A stretch of 64,000 bases of DNA from a virus (IMGVR_UViG_3300021399_000003:64001-128000); one strand, 5' to 3'. Counted from the first letter of the stretch, positions 1 to 10,387 are shown. The notes: a model not told the origin generated them from the sequence alone. Numbers and translations are program-made.

Positions 1-15
1 GGAGATTTCTCTCCC

Positions 16-1251
16 TCATATAATTTTGGCTAAGTCAGCAGTTTTACTGCGTTCTGTTTTTAATAATTTGACTGTTCCTGCTAGAGTGTTATCTTTTAAG
101 GAATTAATTAAGCGAGCTAGCCCATTATTTTTTTCAAATTCTGCGCTATCGGTCTGTAGTATGTCCCCATTAACCCATAATTGGCTATTTTGGCCGCATC
201 GACTTACTAGTAACTTATAACCGCCGCCAGTAATATTTTGTCCTTCAGAAACATAAATAATTGTGTTATCCCAAGAACAACCACGAATAAAACCAAGATT
301 AGCAGCTTCAATAAGACCCTGATCCTGATATTGAGCTAATCCTTCTTCTCCTAAAATACTACTTATGGGGCCCAGTCCCCAAGCTATTTTTTCTTGCAAG
401 TCTCCCGCGAGAAATCCTATTTCTGGTGCATCTTTAAATGGAACTAAATTACGTATAAATATAATTTTTTCCATGATGCCTTTTTGAATAAGATCTAAAG
501 CATGCAATAGCATTAAATAATCTTTACCACTTCCTGGTACTCCGTATAAAATTTTAACCGGAATATCCATATTTTGAAGTAAATCAAATGCCATTTTTTG
601 TTCTAGATTATATGGTTGTACTTTCTTGTTTAGAAAATTATTTTTAAAATTATTCCATTTAAGAGGGACATATTTATCGCCAGTCCATCTTAATACATCT
701 TTTAATTCTTCATTTTCAAATATTTCACAATATTCATTAATATTTGCTTGAAGAATATTTACATTTGGATTTGAATATAAAGAAACTAATTCTTCTTCAT
801 TTGGAGTAAATTTGCGCCAACCAGTATATTCTTCTATCGGCTTTTCTTTTTTTATCCAATAATAACATCTAATGTTGGCAATAGATGCCGCGCATATATT
901 ATATAAACTAGCATCGCTAGTAATAAAAGTTACTTCTTCGTTTTTTTCTTGTTGTAAGAAAAAAGCTGAAGCAAGAATATTATGATCTGGAATATCCATT
1001 AAACATGGATGATGTTTAATGAATCTTTTAATTTTATTTAATGGTGGAAAATAGGTATGATATTGAGATGAAAAGACTATATCGCGTGTTGCTTTTCGTG
1101 CGAGATATTTTACTTCTTCATCTTTATGTACATTGGTCTTTATAGTCTCTAATTCTGTAATAACTAAAGGGCTGATCCAAATATCATCATAATACTCAGA
1201 ACAGCCATTTAGAATTGCAGAAGTATCTGCAAAATAAAGCAATATTATCAC
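16..1251 (-). CDS. phoH: PIN-domain + PhoH-family ATPase (PhoH2-like)
   Basis: N-terminal PIN signature (DTS..., DHNIL, ITSD); C-terminal Walker A GVPGSGKD, IGFLAGDLQEK, RGCSW, SRCG..GD..Q.D PhoH motifs. Confidence 0.9.
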   Translation of the reverse strand: MIILLYFADTSAILNGCSEYYDDIWISPLVITELETIKTNVHKDEEVKYLARKATRDIVFSSQYHTYFPPLNKIKRFIKHHPCLMDIPDHNILASAFFLQQEKNEEVTFITSDASLYNICAASIANIRCYYWIKKEKPIEEYTGWRKFTPNEEELVSLYSNPNVNILQANINEYCEIFENEELKDVLRWTGDKYVPLKWNNFKNNFLNKKVQPYNLEQKMAFDLLQNMDIPVKILYGVPGSGKDYLMLLHALDLIQKGIMEKIIFIRNLVPFKDAPEIGFLAGDLQEKIAWGLGPISSILGEEGLAQYQDQGLIEAANLGFIRGCSWDNTIIYVSEGQNITGGGYKLLVSRCGQNSQLWVNGDILQTDSAEFEKNNGLARLINSLKDNTLAGTVKLLKTERSKTADLAKII

Positions 1252-1844
1252 TTCCCAATTATTTCATTTACTAAACCGTATTCTAGCATTTCTTCAGCAC
1301 TAATATACCACTGTTTACGATGATGTTGCTGATAAAGCTCTTCAGTAATATTAGTATTTTGTACTACATATTCTTTAATTTTATTATCAACACTGCGATT
1401 AAAATCAATTACATCATCTACAGAAGTAGATTCACCGCCAACATAAGTTTGACCAGAGTGAAAAAGTGCGAAAGAAAAAGGATAACATTTCTTAGTAACG
1501 TTGGGATTTTTATTACCTGAACAAAGTATTATAGTTCCCATACTACAAGAATAAGATGGTACTATAATTTCTAATGGCTTTGTATAATTGTCTATAATAT
1601 TACAAAGCATTAGTCCATCCGCGACGGAACCTCCGGGTGTATTTAAAATTAATGTAATTGGATCAGGAACACTATCTTTTTCAAAATCTAATAAAGGAAT
1701 AACAACAGTTTCTAAAATACTATCATCAATTTCTGCATTTAAAACTATTGTTCGTTTATTAAGTAGTTGATTAAAATATTGATACATAATAGGGTCGAGT
1801 GTGCTAACTTCATTAGCAAACCCTAAAAATTCTAAATCACTCAT
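1248..1844 (-). CDS. clpP: ATP-dependent Clp protease proteolytic subunit
   Basis: LNTPGGSV, catalytic-Ser region SCSMG, H in ALFHS, WYISAEEMLEYGLVNEI. Confidence 0.88.
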   Translation of the reverse strand: MSDLEFLGFANEVSTLDPIMYQYFNQLLNKRTIVLNAEIDDSILETVVIPLLDFEKDSVPDPITLILNTPGGSVADGLMLCNIIDNYTKPLEIIVPSYSCSMGTIILCSGNKNPNVTKKCYPFSFALFHSGQTYVGGESTSVDDVIDFNRSVDNKIKEYVVQNTNITEELYQQHHRKQWYISAEEMLEYGLVNEIIGK

Positions 1845-1886
1845 TTAATCCTCCTCGTTGTCGGAGGGACAACTTATTTATTTATA

Positions 1887-3014
1887 TTAAGAAAGAATTT
1901 TTGATAGAGTACAGTCTTTTGGATCTATATCATTCTTTCTAATACTTTTTATATAAGGATGGCGAATTGATATGCCGGTACCATCACTTTCTGCCTGTGC
2001 GGTTGAAACCATCATTCCACCGATAGTTAATGGACACATATACCATTCATCAAAATTATCACGCAATTCAGTTTTAAAATCTTCTGTAAGACCCGCAACT
2101 TTACATAGTGGAATAATATTACCATTGTCGTCATAGACGCTAGTATAAATAGCACCCGGCCACCCATAAAAATAACCTTTTGATACTGGACGGATAGCTC
2201 TACCATTACGATATTCGCCGTAGAGTTCGCCAGTTAGCTTTTCGCCGCTGCGTTCATCCTCCCACAGATTCCACGAACCAATATCTTTGCCTGTATAATC
2301 TCGTACTGCTGGTTCGGTGCCTGTAATAAAACAATCAACATCTGCGGAAATTTCTTGTTTTACCTTACAGGTTTCCCAAGCAGAAGGGCCACGCTTTCCT
2401 GGAATGTAAATGGAAGAACGTTTATAGCATACAGCACCTTCGCCGCCATCCATAAAAATATTGTTTAAATCATCAAAGAAATCTTCGTCCATATAATGAT
2501 AATCAATTCCAGTAACTAATGGGCTATTAATCATTTTGACTACTTCTGGAATAAGTTTTACACGTTCTTCAACGCCGCAATTCATCATATCTTTGCCATT
2601 AAGAGCAAGAATATCAAAAATGCGCCATTCTAGTTTCTTATCTTTTTGCCGCGCCAATGCTTTTGGATCAAGGCAACGAAGAATGGAGCCGACATCTTTA
2701 TCAATACCGCCGGGAAGATAAACTTCACCAAGTATAACAGTAGTATCAGTAAATGTCTTTACTACATCTTCCCAAAAGAAAACTTTGTTTTGAATTTCAC
2801 CATAAGTTCCAGTTTTCTTGCTGATACCGCGAGTTTGAAGGGCACTACGATCAGGCGTAATAACAGCGCGAGACCAATTGCCGTCATACTTACGGCTCCA
2901 TATGTATTGGCCACCAGCAATCATCTGTTCCAAATGCTGACGTTTAACAGCTGGAGACATAGAACTCGCGGGTGCCCAATAACGCATCGGTTCACTAGTA
3001 AAATAATCAATCAT
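1887..3014 (-). CDS. ATP-dependent DNA ligase
   Basis: KYDG motif I, LGEVY, IFDIL, EGAVCY, YIPGKR, KVK, C-terminal IRHP. Confidence 0.85.
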   Translation of the reverse strand: MIDYFTSEPMRYWAPASSMSPAVKRQHLEQMIAGGQYIWSRKYDGNWSRAVITPDRSALQTRGISKKTGTYGEIQNKVFFWEDVVKTFTDTTVILGEVYLPGGIDKDVGSILRCLDPKALARQKDKKLEWRIFDILALNGKDMMNCGVEERVKLIPEVVKMINSPLVTGIDYHYMDEDFFDDLNNIFMDGGEGAVCYKRSSIYIPGKRGPSAWETCKVKQEISADVDCFITGTEPAVRDYTGKDIGSWNLWEDERSGEKLTGELYGEYRNGRAIRPVSKGYFYGWPGAIYTSVYDDNGNIIPLCKVAGLTEDFKTELRDNFDEWYMCPLTIGGMMVSTAQAESDGTGISIRHPYIKSIRKNDIDPKDCTLSKILS

Positions 3015-3585
3015 AAAAATGCTCCTCTTTCATAATTTCGTCTACGCTGCCTTCAAGGTCTTCAAGTCCCCTACAATTCTCTATAATCCAATTAAACGCG
3101 AAATTATCAAGCTCACATTCACTAATATGATTTAATTGGTCAGAAGTCATATTTGGATTTTCCCAATCTAAACCATTTTCATCATATCTTATTATGCGAA
3201 TAGTAATTGTTTCATTGTTCTGAATAGCGGCATAATCGTATACTACTTCATATTCATTTATAAAACGCCAATCAGGAATTAAAATGTAATCAAAAAAACT
3301 ATGATCTGGAATTGTATAGGCATCAATAAACTTTCCAATTATTTCAGCCCAATAAGTTGGATAGCGGCCGCGCATAACTGTTGTGCCAATTTCTTGTAGT
3401 AAACTGCGACCAGCTTCATCTTTTTCGCCATTCCAATTAAAATACTGGACTGCGTAATACTTAACTAAATCAGCAAAGTGCATTACAAGAACACGCTTTC
3501 CAGTATTTTCTAGCTTTTCTTTCATAATGTTTGCTACGGTATCTTTGCCCGACATACTTTTTCCACTAATCATTACTATTTTCAT
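3007..3585 (-). CDS. deoxynucleoside monophosphate kinase-like P-loop protein
   Basis: SGKSMSGKDT, FADLVK, RSLLQEIGT, DWRFINE, HISE. Confidence 0.8.
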   Translation of the reverse strand: MKIVMISGKSMSGKDTVANIMKEKLENTGKRVLVMHFADLVKYYAVQYFNWNGEKDEAGRSLLQEIGTTVMRGRYPTYWAEIIGKFIDAYTIPDHSFFDYILIPDWRFINEYEVVYDYAAIQNNETITIRIIRYDENGLDWENPNMTSDQLNHISECELDNFAFNWIIENCRGLEDLEGSVDEIMKEEHFYD

Positions 3586-3770
3586 TTCTTAATTGCTCCA
3601 ATCTTAATCTAAAATAAAAGTCCACAAAATCTTTTTCTTCTTCTGTTTGACAGGAGTTTGCGAAATTAGAAACCATTTTTACACCTTCAAATGGATTAGG
3701 TTGTTGTAATGCTAAATCAACCCAATTTTTTGCTAAATCTCTAATATATCCAGGAACATTTGGAAATAAT

Positions 3771-4112
3771 TCAATCATTTTGTTTTTCCTCTTGTATTTT
3801 TTTAATAGCGTCAAAAAAGGCTTGCACCTCTTCTTTTGAATTAAGAACTAATTTTCGCACTGGTATAGGTGGTCTTCGCTCGTCATCATCCGGCATTTCA
3901 AAAATATAATACTTTTCTGGTTCTGGTTCTCCAAAATCAGCCGAATAAAAAATACGGCTACATAAACACTTACCAGTTTTGTTACTATATATTTTTGCCG
4001 CACTATGAGTAGTCCCTATTTGTTCTAGTACAACTTTGCGGCATTCGGGCTTAATTTGTTCTACAAACCCCTTATAATCGTTTCTTGTAACTTCAAAAAT
4101 ACTATTATCCAT
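3771..4112 (-). CDS. hypothetical protein
   Basis: ORF in tightly packed operon. Confidence 0.6.
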   Translation of the reverse strand: MDNSIFEVTRNDYKGFVEQIKPECRKVVLEQIGTTHSAAKIYSNKTGKCLCSRIFYSADFGEPEPEKYYIFEMPDDDERRPPIPVRKLVLNSKEEVQAFFDAIKKIQEEKQND

Positions 4113-4113
4113 A

Positions 4114-4614
4114 TTAACCTCGCCAATGTATTTTTAGTGTTTCCGCTTCTAGTTGTGCAAGTTTATCACATTGTTCATTCCAGTAATTTCCAGTGTGTCC
4201 TTCTACTTTGCGGAAATCATACCAAAAATTATCAAAGAATGGAATAATTTCTTGCCACAAATCTTGATTTGCAACAGGTTGGTTTTTAGAGTTTTGCCAG
4301 CCATTAGTTCGCCAACTTGTATACCATTCTTGTTTATAGCAATTAATAGCATAAGCAGAATCACTATAAATAATTACTTTTTCTCCTTTTTGTCGAATAC
4401 CTTGAGCATATCTTAGCGCTTCAAGGATAGCCATTAATTCCATACGTTGATTAGTAGTCATTGGAACTCCGCCTGATTTATGATAGAAGTCATTTCCTTC
4501 GCGTAAAGCATAAAAAGCCCATCCACCAAAAGTGGATTGTTGTCCCATATGTTTTAATGAACCGTCAGTGTAAATTTCTAATGGAATAATTTTTTCCTTG
4601 CTTCGCTTTTCCAC
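4114..4614 (-). CDS. rnhA: ribonuclease HI
   Basis: YTDGS, TNQRMELMA, YSDSAY, NQDLWQ, VEGHTG..NEQCDKLA. Confidence 0.93.
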   Translation of the reverse strand: MEKRSKEKIIPLEIYTDGSLKHMGQQSTFGGWAFYALREGNDFYHKSGGVPMTTNQRMELMAILEALRYAQGIRQKGEKVIIYSDSAYAINCYKQEWYTSWRTNGWQNSKNQPVANQDLWQEIIPFFDNFWYDFRKVEGHTGNYWNEQCDKLAQLEAETLKIHWRG

Positions 4615-4681
4615 AAGATATCCTCCTTTTATTCTTTATATTTATTATATAATAAATTATAAAAAAAGTCAAGGAAGAAGC

Positions 4682-4924
4682 TTATGCTTCTTCCTCTTCT
4701 TCAATTTCATCATCATCTTCATCTTCATATTTTTCTAGTTCTGGTAATCCAGCTATACTAGTTAAAAGACTAAGAATACCAGCCAATACAGAAGCAGATG
4801 CCACAACTGCCCAATTTACTTCAGAAAGAATTGCACTTGTGCCTATAGTTGCTACAGCTGTTTGAGCTACGGTTTTAATTGCGCGGATGCCTGCTGCCGC
4901 GAACCAACGTTTAAAGTTGAACAT
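4682..4924 (-). CDS. holin (r1t-type)
   Basis: [15 protein letters not shown]...[11 protein letters not shown], two hydrophobic helices, acidic tail. Confidence 0.85.
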   Translation of the reverse strand: MFNFKRWFAAAGIRAIKTVAQTAVATIGTSAILSEVNWAVVASASVLAGILSLLTSIAGLPELEKYEDEDDDEIEEEEEA

Positions 4925-4936
4925 AATAATACCTCC

Positions 4937-5413
4937 TTATTTTAAAAAGCCATCTGTTTTTAATAAATCTTCATAAAGTGATTTTATATAATTAAATTCC
5001 ATTTTAAATACTCCATTTTTATCATCGGTTTGAGCTAATAAAATGGTATATTTATCATTTAATTCAATTATATGTTTAAATTCATCTTTGGTATGTTGTC
5101 TACCATTATGACAAGAATTAGCAAAATCTAATATTTCCCATCGTATACGGTCTTTTTCATTTTCTTTAACTTCTCTTTCAATTATATTTATTTGTTTAAC
5201 CAAGTCATCGATTTTTCCGCACGCTTCTCCCATTATTGTTTTGCCAATCCATTTGATGATAGTAGACCAAGGATTTACTTTTATTGGAGCAATTTGGATA
5301 AACAAAGAACCAACTAGTATTATTTGCCATAGGTTCTTTCCTATCCACTCCCATATTTGTTGAGCATTTCCCACTGGCCTTCCCCTCCATAAAAAGAATA
5401 AATGAGATTTCAT
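4937..5413 (-). CDS. phage membrane protein (holin-adjacent)
   Basis: IQIAPIKVNPWS and R.EILDFANSC motifs; true start probably downstream GTG. Confidence 0.6.
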   Translation of the reverse strand: MKSHLFFLWRGRPVGNAQQIWEWIGKNLWQIILVGSLFIQIAPIKVNPWSTIIKWIGKTIMGEACGKIDDLVKQINIIEREVKENEKDRIRWEILDFANSCHNGRQHTKDEFKHIIELNDKYTILLAQTDDKNGVFKMEFNYIKSLYEDLLKTDGFLK

Positions 5414-5465
5414 TTCTCATGAGATATGTAGTGTGTGTAAAGAAGGGATTGAATAAAATGTTCTA

Positions 5466-7592
5466 TTAAAAACTCATTGCTTCATTTATATTACTTAATA
5501 TATCAAGTATGCCAGCAAGGAAATGCATATCTAGTTTTGTTGCTCCCATAGCAGCTTCACTTGTGGCTTCCCAATCAGATGTTTCTAAATGGCCGTCTGA
5601 ATTTATTGGTCCATTATTATATGTATATAATGTTGCTTTTATTCCGCCTTTTAAATTTGATTTAATATCTGCGCTTGCTTTTATTAATGTATTGTAAGTT
5701 TGTTGTAATATAAAAGAATTTGGCATATATATTCCATTAATAGTGTATAAATGAATATCATTCGCGCCAGTATCATTATAGCCTATTTGTTTAATAGCAT
5801 CTTCAAACATTAACTGAGCATCATTAAACATTAAAAAACCAATCATTGTTGAAAAATAATTCTCTAAAGAACTTTTATTATTTTGACCTATTGCTCCACT
5901 GCCAGCATTTAACATAGCAAACAGTAACCAGTTAATATCAGTAGAAGTAAGAAAACCATTCATTGTTTCTTGTATAATGGATAATTGTTCAAAGATGTTA
6001 GAACCGAATGACGCTCCTTGTAATCCTTGATATTCACGATTGTTTTCTCCAATACTAATATATCCTTTAATAGAGCCATGAATATTTACGCTATTTAAAA
6101 AATTATTAATGATTCCTTCCTCATCTTCTATGCTTTGCAATGTTTGTTGAATAATGATATTTTGTTTTGTTCGTAAATTTCGTAAAGTCGTAATATTTGC
6201 TCTATAGCTTGCCAAATCAGTAGTAGTTTGAATATTTTTAAAGGCGTCTTCTCTTCGAGAAGATATTAATTTTTGAGCTTTTTCAATTTTTTGATTTACT
6301 TTTTCATTTTCTGTAATTGTAAAAAATAATCTTCCAGCCAAATAGTCATTAGTAGGGTTTTTATTACCACCTAAAGTTCCATCTAATCCAGCGGCAATCA
6401 TTTCCATGAGAGTTATTTGTTCACTGGCATAGTAATGTTGAATTGATACATTTTGACTGCTTAAATACATTTGTTTAAGTGTTTCATCATCAGCCCCTAT
6501 TTCTTTTCTCCATTTATCGAAATTTTTTCCGCGCCTGCCGTGGGGCCTAGTTTGCTTGTAAGATTGAAGTAAACGATTTTTAATTGTTTCTATTTGTTGT
6601 TCTATATTCTCTATTTCTTTAACATTTTTATCCATACCCATTTGTTTTGCCATAGAAGTCAAAGCTGGTTTTAAAGCAGAAGATTTTTCTAAAGATTCAA
6701 TAAAATTGGTAAACTCTTTTCCTTCTATTATTTTTTCCATTTCTTCTTGATATTGTGGGATATTATCTTGTGTTTTTATTTTGGTTGCTTCTATTCCTTT
6801 AGTTATAATAAATATTTCATTAGCTTTATCAATAAGGGTTTTTAATAAACTATTCATTTCACTCCCATTTAATTCTAATTGTTTTCTTATTGTAAACAAT
6901 TTGCTCCCATATTTTTTTATTATTATTTCTGTTAATATACTTATATTACTTTTATTAGAAAAAATACTATTAATGACAGTGCTTGTTTTCCCTGTTTTAT
7001 CATCATTTTGAAAACTGCTTAATTGAGTACGATTAGAATAATAATGCTCTGATTTTATCTGACTGCGCTCTTTAGAGTCCGTTATATCTTTTACTAAATT
7101 TTCTGCTTCTGATATTAATTTTTTTCTTTCTTCTGCTCGTGCGAGTTCTTGTTCTAACTGTTTTTTAAATGGTTCAAAATTTTTTATTATACTATTTAAT
7201 TTAATAATTAACTTCATATAATCATCTTTAACACTTTCAATACCAAGAGGAAGTTGCTTTTCAGGAAATTGTTTTAAAAAATTTTCTATAAATTTTTCTT
7301 CTTTAACTCTTTCATTAGATGCAGCTTTTTGTAAATATTGAAGAGCTATGTCCATTTTTGTTTGTGGCTCTCCATTTTTAGAGGATGTTAATTGCCCTAA
7401 TCCGCTATTTAAATAATTTACCGCGTCATCATAAGCTCTTACTCCTTGGGGAGTTTTTACATTAGCTAATGATGAATAATAAACGTATCTTGCTCCGACC
7501 GTAAATGGGTATCCATTTTCAGCCATAAAATATTTTGAATAGTCTATTTTTGTTTTTTTCGCGTTAGTTTTTCCCATTCCCTCACCCCACAT
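5466..7592 (-). CDS. large hypothetical protein (708 aa)
   Basis: long ORF, coiled-coil-rich, no recognised motif. Confidence 0.75.
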   Translation of the reverse strand: MWGEGMGKTNAKKTKIDYSKYFMAENGYPFTVGARYVYYSSLANVKTPQGVRAYDDAVNYLNSGLGQLTSSKNGEPQTKMDIALQYLQKAASNERVKEEKFIENFLKQFPEKQLPLGIESVKDDYMKLIIKLNSIIKNFEPFKKQLEQELARAEERKKLISEAENLVKDITDSKERSQIKSEHYYSNRTQLSSFQNDDKTGKTSTVINSIFSNKSNISILTEIIIKKYGSKLFTIRKQLELNGSEMNSLLKTLIDKANEIFIITKGIEATKIKTQDNIPQYQEEMEKIIEGKEFTNFIESLEKSSALKPALTSMAKQMGMDKNVKEIENIEQQIETIKNRLLQSYKQTRPHGRRGKNFDKWRKEIGADDETLKQMYLSSQNVSIQHYYASEQITLMEMIAAGLDGTLGGNKNPTNDYLAGRLFFTITENEKVNQKIEKAQKLISSRREDAFKNIQTTTDLASYRANITTLRNLRTKQNIIIQQTLQSIEDEEGIINNFLNSVNIHGSIKGYISIGENNREYQGLQGASFGSNIFEQLSIIQETMNGFLTSTDINWLLFAMLNAGSGAIGQNNKSSLENYFSTMIGFLMFNDAQLMFEDAIKQIGYNDTGANDIHLYTINGIYMPNSFILQQTYNTLIKASADIKSNLKGGIKATLYTYNNGPINSDGHLETSDWEATSEAAMGATKLDMHFLAGILDILSNINEAMSF

Positions 7593-7594
7593 AC

Positions 7595-7620
7595 AAAAAA
7601 TTCGCCCGCAAACGCGGGCG
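7595..7620 (-). terminator. intrinsic terminator
   Basis: CGCCCGC-GTTT-GCGGGCG hairpin followed by AATTTTTT. Confidence 0.7.
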
Positions 7621-7668
7621 TTCCTCTGTATATAAGTATTAAATTATCATTTTATTTACATCATTTTC

Positions 7669-7914
7669 TTAATGAACCCTATCATAAAAATACTTTAAAA
7701 GATAGGCTTCATCTGCTAAGTCCATACAAAAAATTTCATATTCATCGCCATGAGTATCAGCAAGCTTTCCAAGTGCAATAAACTCAGATAACTTACTTTT
7801 AAGATTAAATTCTTCAGTTCCATCTACACTACGAAGAATTACATCTCCTCTACATTGTCTAATTGCAGCGCGAAACGCTTCTAGATCACTAATATTCTTT
7901 AAAAACCTACTCAT
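7669..7914 (-). CDS. small hypothetical protein (HPr-like fold possible)
   Basis: CRGDVILRS..FNLKS pattern. Confidence 0.55.
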   Translation of the reverse strand: MSRFLKNISDLEAFRAAIRQCRGDVILRSVDGTEEFNLKSKLSEFIALGKLADTHGDEYEIFCMDLADEAYLLKYFYDRVH

Positions 7915-8213
7915 TACTCAATCACATCCCTTATTATTCTTTCATAGTGTATTGGATCAATATTTTTATAATCTGACCACTTTACTAAGTTATCAACAGA
8001 TTCTGCGTCACTTAAATCATATTCTTGACGCCAACCTGACCAATCGTAAAACTTATCAAAGTTACGGAAAAGGAAATGTCCCTCTACAAGGTCATACCAA
8101 ATTTCTCCCTTAAATCGCATCTTAAGAATGCGCGCAAAGTAGTAACAGTTTCCTTCTAACCAATCACAGTTTGATGGAAAACGACGGTTAATAAATTCCT
8201 CTATCTTATCCAT
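7914..8213 (-). CDS. hypothetical protein
   Basis: ORF with RBS; GNCYYFA..H..YD motif. Confidence 0.6.
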   Translation of the reverse strand: MDKIEEFINRRFPSNCDWLEGNCYYFARILKMRFKGEIWYDLVEGHFLFRNFDKFYDWSGWRQEYDLSDAESVDNLVKWSDYKNIDPIHYERIIRDVIE

Positions 8214-8238
8214 TCCGAATACCTCCTAGAATAATTAC

Positions 8239-8309
8239 TAGACGCCTTATAAATAAAATAAAAATGGAGCCAAAATATAATTGCTGTTGTTGTGGCACAA
8301 TGGCGTCTA
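8239..8309 (-). ncRNA. Y-RNA-like family member (ACAGCAA motif)
   Basis: terminal stem TAGACGCC/GGCGTCTA enclosing ACAGCAA. Confidence 0.45.
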
Positions 8310-8313
8310 AAAT

Positions 8314-8390
8314 TAGCAGGCGTGGCTGGATTTGAACCAGCGAATGCATGGGTCAAAGCCATGTGCCTTAACCACTTGGCTACACGCCTA
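8314..8390 (-). tRNA. tRNA-Gln(TTG)
   Basis: cloverleaf; CATGG-CTTTGAC-CCATG; GTTCAAATC T-loop; ends GCTA. Confidence 0.92.
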
Positions 8391-9108
8391 TAATTTTATT
8401 ATACCATTCTATTAGTTCTTTTTTCTTAGACGGAATATTATTTTTTACACACCATTTTACAACTGCTTTATCAGAAACTCCATATTTTCTGCCTACTGCA
8501 GAAAAACTAGATTCAACAATTTCTTTTGCCAGTTGAATACCTTGCGGGCGTGCAGATATTTTTTCTTGTCTTTCTTGTATTTTTTGTTCTTTTTGACGTT
8601 GTTTTTCGTTTCGAGCAATATCTATTAAAGACGGTCTAATAGGATAGATTAAATAATCTTTTCTCCAAGAAGCTCCACTATTAATTGCTCGAATAGTTCT
8701 TCCAGAAACATTATATTTTGCACCAATAATATCGCTATTATCTAATGTATTTTTTAAATCATTAACAATATTATTAAAAATTTCGTCCGTCATTTTAATT
8801 GCATGAGGAGCATTTTGACCACCTTCTGTTCGATTATATCCATTATTAAAACTGTCATAATAAGAAATCCAATATTTTTCTTTTTCATCTAATTCGGATA
8901 CAAGACATTCTTCTAATATTTCAAAAGAAAAATTATTTAATCCATACAATCTCATATCTTTATATAATGGATTATTATAATTGACTATATTATTACCTAA
9001 ATAATCTGTTCTATGATTTCTCCAACGAGTTTTAATATCTTGTGCTTGACCAATATAAACTAATCCATTTATTAAATTAGTTATTTTATAAATACCACAT
9101 TGTACCAT
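8380..9108 (-). CDS. GIY-YIG homing endonuclease
   Basis: GIYKITN..VYIGQ, R...H, E..WI, GYN..GG. Confidence 0.88.
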   Translation of the reverse strand: MVQCGIYKITNLINGLVYIGQAQDIKTRWRNHRTDYLGNNIVNYNNPLYKDMRLYGLNNFSFEILEECLVSELDEKEKYWISYYDSFNNGYNRTEGGQNAPHAIKMTDEIFNNIVNDLKNTLDNSDIIGAKYNVSGRTIRAINSGASWRKDYLIYPIRPSLIDIARNEKQRQKEQKIQERQEKISARPQGIQLAKEIVESSFSAVGRKYGVSDKAVVKWCVKNNIPSKKKELIEWYNKIIGV

Positions 9109-9136
9109 AATATCACTCCTATTTGTGATTTAAATT

Positions 9137-9205
9137 ATAATATTGGCTTAATGAATAGGCATTATTATCTCAAAAGTTAATTACTCTTTTGCTACCCAAT
9201 ATTAT
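9137..9205 (-). promoter_or_regulatory. structured anti-SD leader of homing endonuclease (copy A)
   Basis: 3-way junction shared with 10406-10462; loop CCTATT complementary to AATAGG of RBS. Confidence 0.6.
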
Positions 9206-9206
9206 T

Positions 9207-9283
9207 TGGTGCGAGTAGAGGTAGTCGAAACCTCATCTCCTGGGTGGAAGCCAGGTATTCGAGCTGTTGAACTATACACCTGC
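9207..9283 (-). tRNA. tRNA-Gly(TCC), imperfect acceptor stem
   Basis: CCTGG-CTTCCAC-CCAGG; T arm GAGGT-TTCGACT-ACCTC; ACCA end. Confidence 0.7.
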
Positions 9284-9466
9284 ATAATGCCACTTTAACC
9301 GCTGTGGCCGCGTGCTCCCCAGGTACGCTTGAATCAGAGGCGCGGGCAAGTCTATCAACAAAGTCGCAAAGCGACTTTTCCGCTCTTTCTACACATGGTA
9401 GATGAGCTATGTAGTAACCCCGTGTTTAATGAGCTTTCTGCACGCTACTCTGGCCAGCTCAATATT

Positions 9467-9624
9467 TGTGGTGTGCTATTACGCCAAATCTCATGTTCCC
9501 ATTATCCGTAGGCACATCATACTCAAAAGGGCGTTCCACAATCGTAGCCTTTTGATACATTTCGCACCCACGGGAGAACTTAGAACTCCTTAGCTGGTGG
9601 CTGCTTCTAAGCCAACAGTCCACA
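9467..9624 (-). ncRNA. 23S rRNA H43/H44 (GTPase-associated centre) mimic with 100-nt hairpin insertion
   Basis: TGTTGGCTTAGAAGCAGCCACCA...GAGT[insert]GCGTAATAGCACAC closed by TGTGG/CCACA. Confidence 0.65.
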
Positions 9625-9626
9625 TT

Positions 9627-9722
9627 TGGCGACAGGCTTCGGACTTGAACCGAAACATCAGTATATACTAATTACTCTCTGATTAGCAATCAGATGCCTT
9701 ACCAAATTAGGCTTAGCCTGTC
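9627..9722 (-). tRNA. tRNA-Ser(GCT)
   Basis: TCTGA-TTGCTAA-TCAGA; long variable arm; GACAGGC/GCCTGTC-GCCA. Confidence 0.88.
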
Positions 9723-10387
9723 TTATCATTATCTTGCCATTTCCAAATATAGCCATAAGCGATATTCCTTAGTCCTCGTGCGCATTGACTAATATGGTTA
9801 CTACCTGATTCTTTTCCTAAACTTTTTGCAGCAGAATAACAAGAATAAAATTTATTGATTAAATTACCATTTAAATCATATTGACATAAAATATTATAGT
9901 TATTTTTTATTTGTTTTTCATTAAATAAATCATTTTTTAATTTTATTTCTTTGTTCAAAATAGTAGATAAAACATTCTCTGCGGTATAATTTTCAATGAA
10001 AAAATTAACATTTTGATTTTTTTGTATAGGTGTAAAACTTAAAGTGATTTTATTAGAATAATTTTCACATTCTTGAACAGGAATTAAATAACATTGATTA
10101 TTAAAGTAAGTTGCAAATAAATCAATTTCATTACTAGAATAATTATGTTTAATGTTTTCTTTACCTGATGTTGTTAGACTATATAAATTAAATTCAATTC
10201 CAGTATCTTTTTCTTTACAAGTTTTTACTTGTATTTTTAACAATTTCAACTTAATATCTAATATCATATCATATCTGCAATCTTCTCCAATTGGAATGCT
10301 TATATTATATCCTAAAGAAGTAAGATATGCTTGACATAATAATTCTGTTGTGATTCCTTTAATTTTAGTATCTACCATTTTTATCAC
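9713..10387 (-). CDS. PD-(D/E)XK homing endonuclease with NUMOD1-like C-terminus
   Basis: KG..TE, RYDMILD..KIQVKT, EIDLFA, QYDLNG...AYGYIWK. Confidence 0.82.
   Translation of the reverse strand: MIKMVDTKIKGITTELLCQAYLTSLGYNISIPIGEDCRYDMILDIKLKLLKIQVKTCKEKDTGIEFNLYSLTTSGKENIKHNYSSNEIDLFATYFNNQCYLIPVQECENYSNKITLSFTPIQKNQNVNFFIENYTAENVLSTILNKEIKLKNDLFNEKQIKNNYNILCQYDLNGNLINKFYSCYSAAKSLGKESGSNHISQCARGLRNIAYGYIWKWQDNDKTG

Noticed and set aside
9467-9624. True rRNA gene or host contamination
   Set aside because: Similarity is limited to ~50 nt, split by an insert, with a replaced closing helix and phage tRNA flanks
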